From Paramoeba atlantica (Eukaryota > Protista > Discosea): a stretch of DNA of 64,000 nucleotides. The translations under genes and the position numbers were made by a program. Every line of letters starts with the position of its first letter. Positions within the stretch are counted from its first letter, which is position 1. The notes beneath the pieces were generated by a model. The model saw only the letters and a program-made list of their open reading frames with translations, was not told where the DNA came from and did no database searches. Shown one piece after another: positions 49,201 to 60,415 of the stretch. The stretch covers positions 806,001 through 870,000 of the forward strand of contig CDRNVI010000044.1 in assembly GCA_977017575.1 (NCBI GenBank), written 5' to 3'.

Positions 49201-49631
49201 TGGTCACGGACCGAGCCAAATCCGACAAATGCGAATGGACCCTCCTCCTTGCGGTAGTAATCGGTGACAGGCCCCACTTTCTTTTCAAAGAAGGAGCGAA
49301 CCTCGTCGTCAGACGTTTCGCGAGAGATTCCTCCAACGAACACCTTAAATGCATCACGACCGCTGGCTCCTCCTCCTCCTCCACCGCGAGGGCGACCTTT
49401 CGCCTCTACACGAATGTTGGATCCCTTGAAGTCACGCCCATCAAAACGCATTGCATCAGCCTGGCTGGAAAGGCTCTCGAAACCTACAAAACCGAACGTG
49501 TCCAAACCATTGTCCTTGAGATAGATGTCAACGATAGTTCCACATGACCCGAAGAAATCGCGAACCTCATCTTCTGTCACCCCGGCAGGCATACCTCGTA
49601 CGCATACTTTCTGCTCGTCCGGAACTCGCAT
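48582..49631 (-). CDS. SR protein, two RRMs plus RS domain (copy 1)
   Basis: RRM1 (KVCVRGM...FGFVGF), RRM2 (KVFVGGI...FAFVGF), RS tail with 10-aa repeats RRRHDSRSPP. Confidence 0.88.
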   Translation of the reverse strand: MRVPDEQKVCVRGMPAGVTEDEVRDFFGSCGTIVDIYLKDNGLDTFGFVGFESLSSQADAMRFDGRDFKGSNIRVEAKGRPRGGGGGGASGRDAFKVFVGGISRETSDDEVRSFFEKKVGPVTDYYRKEEGPFAFVGFGSVRDQAGALHASGSQVGSSRLRVEMKGGAPPPDLGDQSPSRSSPRRRHDSRTPPRRRHDSRSPPRRRQVSHSPPRRRHDSRSPPRRRHDSRSPPRRRRDSRTPSRHRHDSRSPPRRRPREASSPPPRRGRREPSSPPPRRRRHDSPSRSPPRGRRERSRSDGRRRRRDSRSPPRRRPDSRERASRHSPRRDHGARGHSHSPAKRRRGSRS

Positions 49632-50358
49632 AAATGATTAATCAGGTAATTACTATGATTAGTCAAAAGAAATGCTGAAAATTATACATGTTTGCAAAAT
49701 TCATTTGCCCCAATAGTGTCTAGAATAGGTAATGACCTAAAGGCGCAGTACACTACTATTGATTTTAGTTTACACTTTTTAAATGGATTGTCAAATATAT
49801 CTTGGCACAGCATAATACGATAATTGTTGCAAAGCTCTGCTCAGGCGCGGTCTAGTTGACCCACTGGTATACATTATACTGATGGTACAGTACAGTAGAA
49901 TAGAAGTGCGTCGGTTGCGATGAAGCAAATACATACATTGTAGATAATGCATGTCAAGTGCGATTGCATTCACCGTATGAAACTGTTGGAATTTTCAAAA
50001 AATACCAATCGCTAGCAATACTCAGCAATCCCTAAATAATGAAACGCAGTGATATTGATAATGTCGCCCAGGTCCTTTAATGTAGGAAATTAATAATGTT
50101 TCGAAACTTTAGCAAATGTAAATAACTACTCCTTATCGCTCTCTCACCCTTTGAAAAAGCTATTCTTACAAAGTATTTTCGAATAATAGAAACTGTATCA
50201 AACTAATTTCTTGTTGTATACAACCTATAATATGCAATATGTATTACGTGCAATAATTCCATGCACAAGATGTATAAGCTAGTTTATATTCGAGCATGGT
50301 GGGCTTCATATGTTATTATAAAACTTCTTGCTTCAAAAATTCAAAAAGGATTTTGTCT

Positions 50359-51156
50359 TTAAGATCGGCTTCGTCGGCGACGTTTGGGAGAGTTGGAGGC
50401 GTCCCGACCATCACGACGAGCGGGTGAATAACGCGAAGCCCGTTCCCGGGGTTCATATCGTCCACGAGGGGGGCTGCGTGAATCGTATCGTCGACGTGGG
50501 GGACTACGAGAGTCCTGGCGACGGCGTGGGGGGCTGCGAGAATCATAGCGACGGCGTGGGGGGCTGCGAGAGTCATAGCGACGGCGAGGGGGGCTTCGAG
50601 AATTGAAGCGACGGCGTTCAGGGCTCCGCGACCGCTCATTCGGAGGGGGAGGTGGTGCACCACCCTTCGGTTGCACACGAATGCGACTTCCACCCAGATC
50701 CTGCCCATCCATTCGCATAGCTTCTGCTTGTTCACGGGCTGACCCAAATCCGACAAATGCGAATGGGCCCTCCTCCTTGCGAAAGAAGTCCGTAATTGAA
50801 CCAACTTTCTTTTCAAAGAAGGAGCGAATCTCGTCATCCGAAAGTTCACGTGCCAGTCCTCCAACGAATACCTTAAACGCATCACGACCGCTGGCTCCTC
50901 CTCCTCCACCGCGAGGGCGACCTTTCGCCTCTACACGAATGTTGGATCCCTTGAAGTCACGCCCATCAAAACGCATTGCATCAGCCTGGCTGGAAAGGCT
51001 CTCGAAACCTACAAAACCGAACGTGTCCAAACCATTGTCCTTGAGATAGATGTCAACGATAGTTCCACATGACCCGAAGAAATCGCGAACCTCATCTTCC
51101 GTCACCCCGGCAGGCATACCTCGTACGCATACTTTCTGCTCGTCCGGAATTCGCAT
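50359..51156 (-). CDS. SR protein, two RRMs plus RS domain (copy 2)
   Basis: Near-identical RRM1 to copy 1, diverged RRM2, shorter RS tail with RRRYDSRSPP repeats. Confidence 0.88.
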   Translation of the reverse strand: MRIPDEQKVCVRGMPAGVTEDEVRDFFGSCGTIVDIYLKDNGLDTFGFVGFESLSSQADAMRFDGRDFKGSNIRVEAKGRPRGGGGGASGRDAFKVFVGGLARELSDDEIRSFFEKKVGSITDFFRKEEGPFAFVGFGSAREQAEAMRMDGQDLGGSRIRVQPKGGAPPPPPNERSRSPERRRFNSRSPPRRRYDSRSPPRRRYDSRSPPRRRQDSRSPPRRRYDSRSPPRGRYEPRERASRYSPARRDGRDASNSPKRRRRSRS

Positions 51157-52213
51157 GAATTATTAATGAATAAGTTACGAAGCTAAGTAAGTAAATGTAG
51201 ACTTCACAATTCGATTAGAACTGTTGCGCTGATATTTAATAATAAGTCGGTATGTTTCAGAGCATGTATCGCATTGCAACATTGACGATGATATCCCAAG
51301 TGCCCGATGCGCGCTATGCTCCAAGGATTAATATCCGCTTCTAAAATTTCCATTTGATGAGTACAAGACTTCTAGATCCAACGAGTGCCGTCTAAAATCT
51401 GGTAAGTCGATTGATTTTTATTTAGCCAACCAATCTATATGTTTAGTTTAGATCCTGTTTTCTCACCTAGTGCAAGCTCGGTAGTATTCGTCATGCCGAG
51501 GCCTATACTCTCTACTGGCGGCTACTGGCAAGCCAGGCCCTTCACCGATTGATTCGTAAGGTAAGAGGCCAACACCGCTTCTCAGGTTCACTTGTAGGTC
51601 GCTGTTATGACGTTATATTACGGTGCGTTGCATAGTAAATGATACCGGTGAACTCATTCGGGAAAGCGCCTATAGTAGTAAGGAGACCACGCCAAATAGA
51701 ATTACAGACCAGCCTCAGAAGAATGACCGGTTCCTCTATGTATTGAAGTGCCATGCAACACGCCTTGCATTGGGCTCGTATTGTATGGGGTCTGGTTGTC
51801 TACGTACCAGTCCGAGTAGAAATTCTTAGAATCCTCTTCGAATGGACCACATATTGTGCACCTTGCCGGAAATTTACTGCTTCCTTTCAGAACGTCTAGC
51901 AATACAAGGTTGTGGTTTTCCTCATTACGCTATTTCAATCGTAATGCTATTTCAATCGAAATTTCAATCGTATGTTCGCATACTACTGGAGTATCTAGCG
52001 CAATATTACTGAGAACATAGCGATTAAAAGATTTTTAGAGAAGAAACTAAATCGGCACATAAAATATAAATCGTTTTTCGAGGATCTTATCCTCGAACCT
52101 TTTCGAGTACTGTCAAATTGTCATTCGAGTGGGAATCACTTGCAATAAGAATACGCCCGGGAACGTGTACATTTCCTAGAACAGGACACAGAAATACATT
52201 AACAAAGTATCCT

Positions 52214-55200
52214 TCAAGGCACAGACATAGAATTGATGTTAAATATTGAATCCTCAAGTATGGGCATACGAGACTCTGCAATTAGCCACAATTTTGTCTG
52301 AGTCCAGAATTCTGAGTTTTTTTCAAGGTCTTTGATTTTATGATTAAGGCTAGTTGAAAGTTGGAGTGACCAAAGTAAAGTCTTGTAGCATTCCAACGCC
52401 TCCGCACGCAGAGCCTCAGACAGACCGGTTTTCGAATTGACAAAGGCGTCGTTTAACAGCTCAAGAACAGATTTCCACCTCTTGAATAGCCCAACTTGAG
52501 CTTGAGAAAGTTGATATACCCATTTTACAAAGAGTTTAGTGATGAGGCTCATACCGACTCTCGCAGCTTCTATTCTCGAGGGTGATGGTAATGACTCAAC
52601 AAGCTGTGGTGCCCCAGTTGCACTCGATTCAGCCGTCGATGGTGACCAAAGAAGTCTGCTAAAAATATAGCTAAAGCCTCCCTGTGTTTGGTCAGCGCTG
52701 CGATAGCCCTTCTCTATATCTTCTGTGCTACATTCGGATACGCCTATAACTCGTTTTTCGGTAAATATTTCTTGAACAAAGTCAACCGTAATTCCAAAAA
52801 CCTCGGAAATTATATCCGGAGAGACGTTGATGGTTTCTAATGACTCAAATTCGACAAAAGTATGCAAAACTGCCTTCGTGGTTACCCAGTAATCGCCGCC
52901 TCGTAAACTGGGCAGTATAACCAAGCATTTTGTTACTGACGACCAACTGTTTTTCCATGACATGGAGTCAGAACCTGCTGCAGAAGTTAGTTTCTTCAAA
53001 AAAATGAGGAGTTCTGACAAAATAGCAGTAATATCTATACTATCTTTCGAATTGAGTTGCGCCTCCTCATTGCATTTAATTTTTTTCAAGGGATGTTGCA
53101 CATCAAGTTCAGTATTTATGTATGCAGCATTGCTAGCTACATGCTTCGGTCCTGATTGAGAAAAACTCGTCAACTGTTGCGTCGTGCTGGACAAGTCGAT
53201 TAAAGAGATTATCTCTGGTAGTATGTCACCAATATGATGAGATAATTCGTTCTTCTCAAGAAAGTGGCACATCCACTTCCATAGTTCTTCCCGCGCTGCG
53301 CGGTGCTCGCAATGTAGTATAGCTATCTGAGCGCATCGAAGAAATGCTCTATCTCGTCTGGACTGCGGAGTCACAAAAGAGGTGTTGTTTAGATGAGTAC
53401 CTGATAACCACCCACACAGGGGCACTGAAATACATTTCCTCCAAACATGAACGTTGAGTGCCGACATTGCATCGAATACGTCATACCAAATACTGGAATA
53501 AGGCCTTATTGTACAAAAGTGTAATAATGCGATCGTAGTTTGTATTCCAAGAATCTCGCAGCTCAAGGGAACAAGTCCCGCAGGTTCCTCTTTCTCCTTA
53601 CATGATTCCTCGGCAGCATATGACAGTAAAGATAACATGTTCAAGAGTCGGCTTGCCACTAAGTCCAAAAGGCTTGGTAATCTATGAAACGCGTACTCAG
53701 CCAACAATGATACACTATGCAAATGAAAACAGATTGATTCCGCAATTGTAATTTCAAGCGGAAGGCATTCCCATGTCGTAGGCAGTTGAGATAGCATGTG
53801 TTGAGCTAAACAGTTCAGATCGGTGTCTGATAATGCAATTGCCCAGGTGCAAAAAAATTGTGGAATACTATATCCCTGAAGCAATGATCGATCATCATTT
53901 GATCTTGTGGATGATTCCTCAGTGGAAACACCCTGCTCAGTTCCTTTGGCTAAAGGTCCGAACCAACCATCATTCTCAGAGTTTTTTGTCTGGCCTTCAT
54001 GACTTTCCCGTCTTACACCATTTGAAGGCATATAAGAAAAAAAGATGAAGCTGAACGTGTTGGACCTCATCGTGTCCATGATGAAGTTCATACTGGCAAG
54101 TGTGTGAGCGCCACCTCCTTGCCCAGCACCAAGCGACTTGACCTTCTGGTCTGGCCACATGCCTAACAGAAAAAGTCGAGTCATTAGTCCAAACACATCA
54201 GGCCAAGTTTCGCGAATATGTGAAGAATACAAATGCACTATGTTAAGAATTACGCTCACAGACAAATTTTTCACTGCACTATCTGGCCTAGCGGAAGAGA
54301 CGTCAATGCGTGTAAGCGAGTAGTCCATAGTATATGGAAAAAGCGACAACAATATTTTATTCATAAACTCCGTATCCTGCAATCTATTTGCCAGCAAAGC
54401 CAACCAGCGGTAAGATTCTCCTATTATCGAGACATGGTCAAGAGGTAATAATGCTTCAACAGACATTAACTGGTGCAATACTATTTCTGCATCCAGACGA
54501 ACAGGGACTTTCGGGCACAGAATACCTCCACAGTCTGAAGGAGAAGTTTGTTGCAAATTAATTTTGTTTTCATATTCCGTTGCCAAACCTGCCGAAAGTG
54601 CAGTAAGAATGTGGTCTTTTGCTACTAGAAAGGCAAGTAATGCTGCATCCACTAAGGTCGATGGAGTTTCGAGTGTAGAGTCAATAATTGCTCTACCTGG
54701 TGATGTTTCATCCCATAAGCTTTTTGTGTGTTGTTCCAGAATCATTTCGTACCAATTTTTATCAACCTGAATTTCATAAATGGGATCACGTAATGATAAT
54801 GGCATATGAGAAATGTCGCGGAATGTCGTTGCAATGTAGTCCTGTGGAATTGATTCTGCCCCATTGGCACCAGATATCATCTGCGTAAACGTCTCTTCTG
54901 ACATTTTTTCTCTTGAAGAAACAGAAGGGTTGTGCAAATTTGTCGCCAATATGACACAACTAAATGTATAAAGAAACGCCAACTCAACGCTAGGGAATGG
55001 ATTCACTGCAGCGTTTGTATGGTTCAAGGAATACCATGACTGCGAAAATGTCTCGATAACACGATCGATCTTCTGAGCTTCTCCTGGCATGTGAAATCCT
55101 GCTAACGTTTCACGAAGAGATGTAATCAACGCTTTTCCTTCAAAATCGTGGCTCTCAATAAAACCCTGAAGAAGCGTGCGGTGAAACTCGACGTGATCCT

Positions 55201-56842
55201 TGACCGCACTTCGGATCACAGAATCGCTTTTCGAACCGATATCTGTTAAAAAACATCCTAGTTTCGTTTTATCCAGCGAATGACGCAATAGATAAAACTG
55301 TTTTCCAACTTGAAAACCCTCTATTTGTAGTTCGTCAGAAGTGAATGAAAATATGGTCCCAAGCAGTGAAACCGCATCTAATGGGGATTCGGAAAAAGTT
55401 TCCAGGAATGATTGCACTTTTGTTTTTCGTAGTGCGGCTTGCTCATAAATGTCGAGCACGTGAGGCGAACACTCTATCGTTGTATTCTTGTACAATACAG
55501 TAGCTAAGCTCGTTAGAATGTTCACTATAGCTTGCATTGCTAGTTCTTTCTCCTTCACCGGTTGACTGGAGGAGAGCATAAATAAAATATGCCTACAAAC
55601 AGTGGCAAACACGTCGGGCTTAAAACGATGAAGGTCATATTCTGAACATGAATGGAGAACAAATCTTGGATCTGAACACAGTTGACACATCCACTGTAAC
55701 GTATCGTCCATAGGTGGGCTGCACATCGCTTCTGAGGAAACATCCGCAAGGCATCGCGACACATTAAAGGCACTGTTGCTACTTCTGCAAGAAGGAAACA
55801 GTAAAAGACCAGCTACACTCAATGTGAGTGGGGCAGCTTTTACTGGATTTATGCGAAATAAAGTATGCACAACATGACGTGCCAACTGTCGTGATTGCTC
55901 ACCTAGTTTGACATTGCTCACAACTTCTAAGACCATTCTGCCCACATTATAGAAGAGTGCATGTTCTATGTTTGGAACACAAAACAAGCTGTGAGGAATG
56001 GAAAAGACCAATCGGTGAGCTGCATGTAGACCAATTAACTGAACTCTCAAGGAAGCGGCGTCATCAGGAGTGCAGTGATAAGGCGTGTCCGACACATTCA
56101 GAAGTTGCGATTGAACGTCCTGCGCATTTCGGCATGAAATCCAAACGGAGATCTGTTTTATGACTGTGCAGATCTTATCTGCATCATCTGCGCTCGCAGC
56201 ATTAATAAACCCCACCTCACAAATCGTAAGGATTGTTTGCATTCCAGCATTCCGAAGAAGGTTAGAACTTTCCATTTGAATGGCCATGAATAAACTGTAT
56301 GCAAGCAAATTAACGTGAACAGCATTATCGAGCTTTATATAGGCTCTGTGACGTACACATTCTCTTAAAACTTCAATACCATTAGCCACGGTACTTTCGT
56401 GATCAGCAGCATCAGTTAACTCCCAACGGGAGCGCGAAACTGATTCAATAATATCGCTTAAGTTGCTTATAGTGATGTCTGACGAACACATTCGCAGGAG
56501 AGCAAGAAAGCAAGAAAAAACGCGTGCTGTCATTGTATGGGATGTTTCTTCACCTTCCGCAATTGCAAATAAAGGATCTAAGATTTCGAAATTTATAACT
56601 GGAATTCTGGAACCGCGAGATATAACAGATACTTTTGTTAGAGATGTCTTAATGAGAGATGTATACCTACTCATAGTTCCGGCATCGTCATGTATTTGCA
56701 ATTCTTTTCCTAGAATCAACAACTCCTGGTAAAGCAGCTCACACCAATTGAGTTCCGCCGCAAACGATCTTGATCGTGATCTTGTCGTGTCTTGTGGTAG
56801 AAAAAGCGAGTTCTCTCCAAGTGCCCCAGTGTCACACGACAT
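52214..56842 (-). CDS. Large Sec7-domain ARF guanine nucleotide exchange factor (GBF1/Gea-like)
   Basis: Sec7 catalytic motif FHMPGEAQKIDRVIETF, LATNLHNP; HUS/HDS-like flanks; 1542 aa. Confidence 0.88.
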   Translation of the reverse strand: MSCDTGALGENSLFLPQDTTRSRSRSFAAELNWCELLYQELLILGKELQIHDDAGTMSRYTSLIKTSLTKVSVISRGSRIPVINFEILDPLFAIAEGEETSHTMTARVFSCFLALLRMCSSDITISNLSDIIESVSRSRWELTDAADHESTVANGIEVLRECVRHRAYIKLDNAVHVNLLAYSLFMAIQMESSNLLRNAGMQTILTICEVGFINAASADDADKICTVIKQISVWISCRNAQDVQSQLLNVSDTPYHCTPDDAASLRVQLIGLHAAHRLVFSIPHSLFCVPNIEHALFYNVGRMVLEVVSNVKLGEQSRQLARHVVHTLFRINPVKAAPLTLSVAGLLLFPSCRSSNSAFNVSRCLADVSSEAMCSPPMDDTLQWMCQLCSDPRFVLHSCSEYDLHRFKPDVFATVCRHILFMLSSSQPVKEKELAMQAIVNILTSLATVLYKNTTIECSPHVLDIYEQAALRKTKVQSFLETFSESPLDAVSLLGTIFSFTSDELQIEGFQVGKQFYLLRHSLDKTKLGCFLTDIGSKSDSVIRSAVKDHVEFHRTLLQGFIESHDFEGKALITSLRETLAGFHMPGEAQKIDRVIETFSQSWYSLNHTNAAVNPFPSVELAFLYTFSCVILATNLHNPSVSSREKMSEETFTQMISGANGAESIPQDYIATTFRDISHMPLSLRDPIYEIQVDKNWYEMILEQHTKSLWDETSPGRAIIDSTLETPSTLVDAALLAFLVAKDHILTALSAGLATEYENKINLQQTSPSDCGGILCPKVPVRLDAEIVLHQLMSVEALLPLDHVSIIGESYRWLALLANRLQDTEFMNKILLSLFPYTMDYSLTRIDVSSARPDSAVKNLSVSVILNIVHLYSSHIRETWPDVFGLMTRLFLLGMWPDQKVKSLGAGQGGGAHTLASMNFIMDTMRSNTFSFIFFSYMPSNGVRRESHEGQTKNSENDGWFGPLAKGTEQGVSTEESSTRSNDDRSLLQGYSIPQFFCTWAIALSDTDLNCLAQHMLSQLPTTWECLPLEITIAESICFHLHSVSLLAEYAFHRLPSLLDLVASRLLNMLSLLSYAAEESCKEKEEPAGLVPLSCEILGIQTTIALLHFCTIRPYSSIWYDVFDAMSALNVHVWRKCISVPLCGWLSGTHLNNTSFVTPQSRRDRAFLRCAQIAILHCEHRAAREELWKWMCHFLEKNELSHHIGDILPEIISLIDLSSTTQQLTSFSQSGPKHVASNAAYINTELDVQHPLKKIKCNEEAQLNSKDSIDITAILSELLIFLKKLTSAAGSDSMSWKNSWSSVTKCLVILPSLRGGDYWVTTKAVLHTFVEFESLETINVSPDIISEVFGITVDFVQEIFTEKRVIGVSECSTEDIEKGYRSADQTQGGFSYIFSRLLWSPSTAESSATGAPQLVESLPSPSRIEAARVGMSLITKLFVKWVYQLSQAQVGLFKRWKSVLELLNDAFVNSKTGLSEALRAEALECYKTLLWSLQLSTSLNHKIKDLEKNSEFWTQTKLWLIAESRMPILEDSIFNINSMSVP

Positions 56843-57055
56843 TGCTCTAAGATAAATCAGCTATACGTTCAATCCATAGTATACTCTTTATTAGCAAAGA
56901 AAACTAAGTAAACTTTACCCGAATTTAGCATTTCTTTAAAAGTTTCAAAAAACAATCTTAATATTTGGTTACACTCATTTATCACTCATTTAGATACACT
57001 CATTATACAGAGCTCCAGCGGTATAATATCAAACTCAAACAACGGAAAAAACAGT

Positions 57056-57808
57056 TTAGTATAACTGAAACTGGTTTGTGCAATAGGAGCCCAAGCAAAA
57101 TGGGAAAAGGGGACAAAGATCGGAATCAAGATCCACAGTCCGTAGAAACATTTTCCATAGCACGTGTGTCTCCGTATTTTCTACCGGTTCCAAGGTAAAC
57201 AATAGCGAATACACATTGGAAAGCGTATGACCAGTTTTCATATAATTGTTCTCCTTCCCATAGGATCTCGTGTTGAGATCAACTGCCATCATAAACGAAT
57301 ACGAACTTGGTTTGCCCAGGTTGTAGGCCTTTGATGATACACACTTTGAAAGAACATCGTCCGCTTTTAACATTATCGAGGCATCAGTAGCCCAAGGCGC
57401 TTTGATATAGTGCGGTAGCGTCGAACTCCTTGATGACGCTGCCGCATTCCTGGACCTCTTAGGTTTATTATCTGCAGCTTCGAGTTGCAAGATTGTGCAC
57501 CGCATACGGAGCATAGAAAAAGTTAAACATGACTCTTTCTTACATCTATCTTTAAACGATTGCGTAGCAAACTCATCACCACCATCCGCCTTCTGAGGTT
57601 CTAAAGATTTTAGATCCGGACGAACTATTGTAAAAGAAAAGCGGTGGACACCAGGTGTCCATCGTGGATTCTTACTGTCCCGGGGCAAACGCCTTCCTTT
57701 TGATTCACACACAAGCTCGAGAGGCTCTCGGAAAATAGCGCGTTCTGGTGATATTCTGCGCACATCTTCGGGGGAAAACATAAAAACCTTTATACATGCA
57801 AATACCAA
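57056..57808 (-). CDS. Hypothetical protein
   Basis: 250-aa ORF in gene orientation; no recognised domain. Confidence 0.5.
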   Translation of the reverse strand: MVFACIKVFMFSPEDVRRISPERAIFREPLELVCESKGRRLPRDSKNPRWTPGVHRFSFTIVRPDLKSLEPQKADGGDEFATQSFKDRCKKESCLTFSMLRMRCTILQLEAADNKPKRSRNAAASSRSSTLPHYIKAPWATDASIMLKADDVLSKCVSSKAYNLGKPSSYSFMMAVDLNTRSYGKENNYMKTGHTLSNVYSLLFTLEPVENTETHVLWKMFLRTVDLDSDLCPLFPFCLGSYCTNQFQLY

Positions 57809-58235
57809 CTAGCCACTGCGAAGTACAGTAGTTATTCGAAGAACTCCGTGTGTAACAGGAAGTATAAAAGTAGGTTGAAATATATTTCTTTAGAAACAAA
57901 TCTCTCCTCGTTTGTTTTTGTATTTCTCTTTGTGCGTGACTACCCATCGATCGGAGATTCCACCGATTCTTTTATAGTATGCTCTTCTACAGTATATTCT
58001 TTTATTGAATGCGCGCTTAGATGTAAATTTTAGAATCCTTATTTACGATTATGTGGTGAAGTGTCTGATTAACGAAACTTTCATTTACGCGAACAATGTT
58101 AAGCAACATCTGGAAATCAGCAACGGTGGATAAACCTCAGTTAAATTATTTTGGCACCTTAAATTTAATCTCTTTAGTACTTGGTAATAACTTAAATATT
58201 ACCAATGTAAACAAGAATTGATATGACCGTAATTC

Positions 58236-59699
58236 TTAGTTACTATCAGAATCATCCACAACATCATCTAGAGGACGATTGTGGGTATCAAAAGGTAGAC
58301 ATACAGCAGCAGCCGTTCCTATACATAAGATTACTGCATACGTGGAGGCAGTGGCGATCACTTGAACTGAATGAAGCGATATCGCGACAAACGGAGTCCA
58401 GATTCCAGCGAATCGTGCACACGCCATGGTAAGACCCACGCCAGTGGAACGTGCTTGGGTCGGAAAAGCCTCCGGTGTGTAAAGCACAGCCAAAGCAAAT
58501 AATACAGCAAGACATAAGCGACTACCGCACATAAAACTAATTGTCGCCGGAAAAGGAATGTAGTCCTGAAGACTGAGTGCGGCTGTACACAGAACCCCTC
58601 CTGCGGAAGACAGAATCATTCCCCGGCGTCGTCCCAGACGCATAGAAAACAAAAAAGTTATTACATAAGCAGGTAGTTCGGCAAGCACAACAAGTAGCAT
58701 AGATAAGTAAGGGGATCGCGCGGAAAACCGCAAGTTTGATGTTAGAAAAACGAGACCACAATATACGAAAGACGTGGCAAACCAAATGGTGCATAAACAA
58801 AGAGTCAGGCGACGCATCTCTGGGTTATGCAAGAGCTGATAAACTCTACGTGATGAAGGCAAGGAATTCTTTTTATGACCTGAACATGATTCATGAAAAA
58901 CAAGATTGAAATGAGTTGGAAGACACATTGCGCGCCGATTTACTGAGGCAATTTTAAGAATTATATTTTTTGACTTTGTGCATGACCCCTGAACCAGCAG
59001 GTACCTTGGACTCTCCGGAAGAAACCAGCAAGATATAATTCCAACAAAAGAAGGTATACAACTAATCGCAACTAGGTACCGCCAAGACGTGCGAGGCAAT
59101 ACTGCCCACGCTAAGCAACACTGAAGCAAAGAACCTAAAGGCCAGAAAGCTTGGAGCAAAGTGAGTGGAAAGGTTCTTTCCAAAGTAGGGAGAAATTCAG
59201 AATACAGGGTAACACATACATGCAGCCCACCAATTGAAAACCCTACCAACATTCTCGTCACGAGCAACATCCAAACTTGAGTACTGAGCGCACTTAAAGC
59301 GCCCATCAGAAATTGTAACACCATGGCTATAAAAATTGTCCTGCGTCGGCCTATCCTGTCTGCCAAATACCCCAATGTTGGAGAACCAATAAATTGTCCG
59401 AAAAACATTGCTGCTGCAATAAGAGATATTTCCCATGATGAACATCCTAGATCAGACTGAGCTTCGTTAGTAATAAAGGCCATGAGCAGGACTTCCATGG
59501 CATCTGCAATGCAAGGGACGGCGCAAGATATTAAAAGTCGCCACTGATACGAACCTAAGCCAGCAAGGCTAAGCGCTTCCTCGATCGTAATGTTTTTCTC
59601 GCAGACCACCGGTTCCAATGAAACATCGCCCGACAAGGATGTCTCATCGGTCTTCCCATCGTCTTGACCATTTCTCGTCTCCTTGAGGCCTTCATTCAT
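58236..59699 (-). CDS. MFS transporter, SV2/SVOP-like (copy 1)
   Basis: GLGSYQW, ADAME, motif A GYLADRIGRR, YSEFLP, PESPRYL, YTPEAFPT..RSTG. Confidence 0.9.
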   Translation of the reverse strand: MNEGLKETRNGQDDGKTDETSLSGDVSLEPVVCEKNITIEEALSLAGLGSYQWRLLISCAVPCIADAMEVLLMAFITNEAQSDLGCSSWEISLIAAAMFFGQFIGSPTLGYLADRIGRRRTIFIAMVLQFLMGALSALSTQVWMLLVTRMLVGFSIGGLHVCVTLYSEFLPTLERTFPLTLLQAFWPLGSLLQCCLAWAVLPRTSWRYLVAISCIPSFVGIISCWFLPESPRYLLVQGSCTKSKNIILKIASVNRRAMCLPTHFNLVFHESCSGHKKNSLPSSRRVYQLLHNPEMRRLTLCLCTIWFATSFVYCGLVFLTSNLRFSARSPYLSMLLVVLAELPAYVITFLFSMRLGRRRGMILSSAGGVLCTAALSLQDYIPFPATISFMCGSRLCLAVLFALAVLYTPEAFPTQARSTGVGLTMACARFAGIWTPFVAISLHSVQVIATASTYAVILCIGTAAAVCLPFDTHNRPLDDVVDDSDSN

Positions 59700-60415
59700 G
59701 CTAGTGATAGATATATTCAGCCTACAGTCCGTTTCCGTATAGTGCGTGCTTACTCAAATATATTCGTAGTTATTTTGTAGTTATTGAAGGCTAAATTTTA
59801 ATACTAATGCGGCTTGTCATGGAATAAAAATTCAGTAGTACATTTGACTTGTAGTTCCCGTGCAAATAAATACCCATTCGTATACGTGTCCTTGTACACA
59901 AGACAGTCAACTCAGTTTTAATCGCCTATTACGGTTGCAATAATGTTACCCTTGCAGTTCGACGCAAAAACAGTGTGGTGCCAATTATTAACATTATACA
60001 CATGATTGACATTACAAAACAGAAAGCCTCTCCAAATGGGACTATTGAAAAATGTCTGTTTCAGAATCCTACAGGAACACAGGATTCATACAATTTAGTT
60101 TGGCGTTAGTCTTGTTGATAGAGGAGTTTTTTCATTCTTCTATTGTGCTATTACGTGAAATATTCACGTACAGGTGAACTTATGGAAAGTTATGAAAAGT
60201 AACTAGTGTTTATCATATCACACTACACGACCACATTATCCGAAATATTCAAATCATTTGAATTTAAGTTAAAATTATTATTTACTGGTCGAGATAACCG
60301 ATTTACGACAGTGATTACTTACAATCAATTACTTAAATTAACTGTAAACCAGAAATAAACTAAAGTTGTCGCACACACACAACCCTAATTTCCAGAAGTA
60401 TCCTAACTCTTGTTA

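Noticed and set aside
48263-49267. 334-aa plus-strand ORF with repeats
   Set aside because: Antisense of the SR protein's 30-nt repeats.
51200-52200. 1-kb spacer with short ORFs and a GCTATTTCAATCG mini-repeat near 51930
   Set aside because: Translated frames gave no recognisable pseudogene or retroelement motif, and the repeat looks like local slippage.
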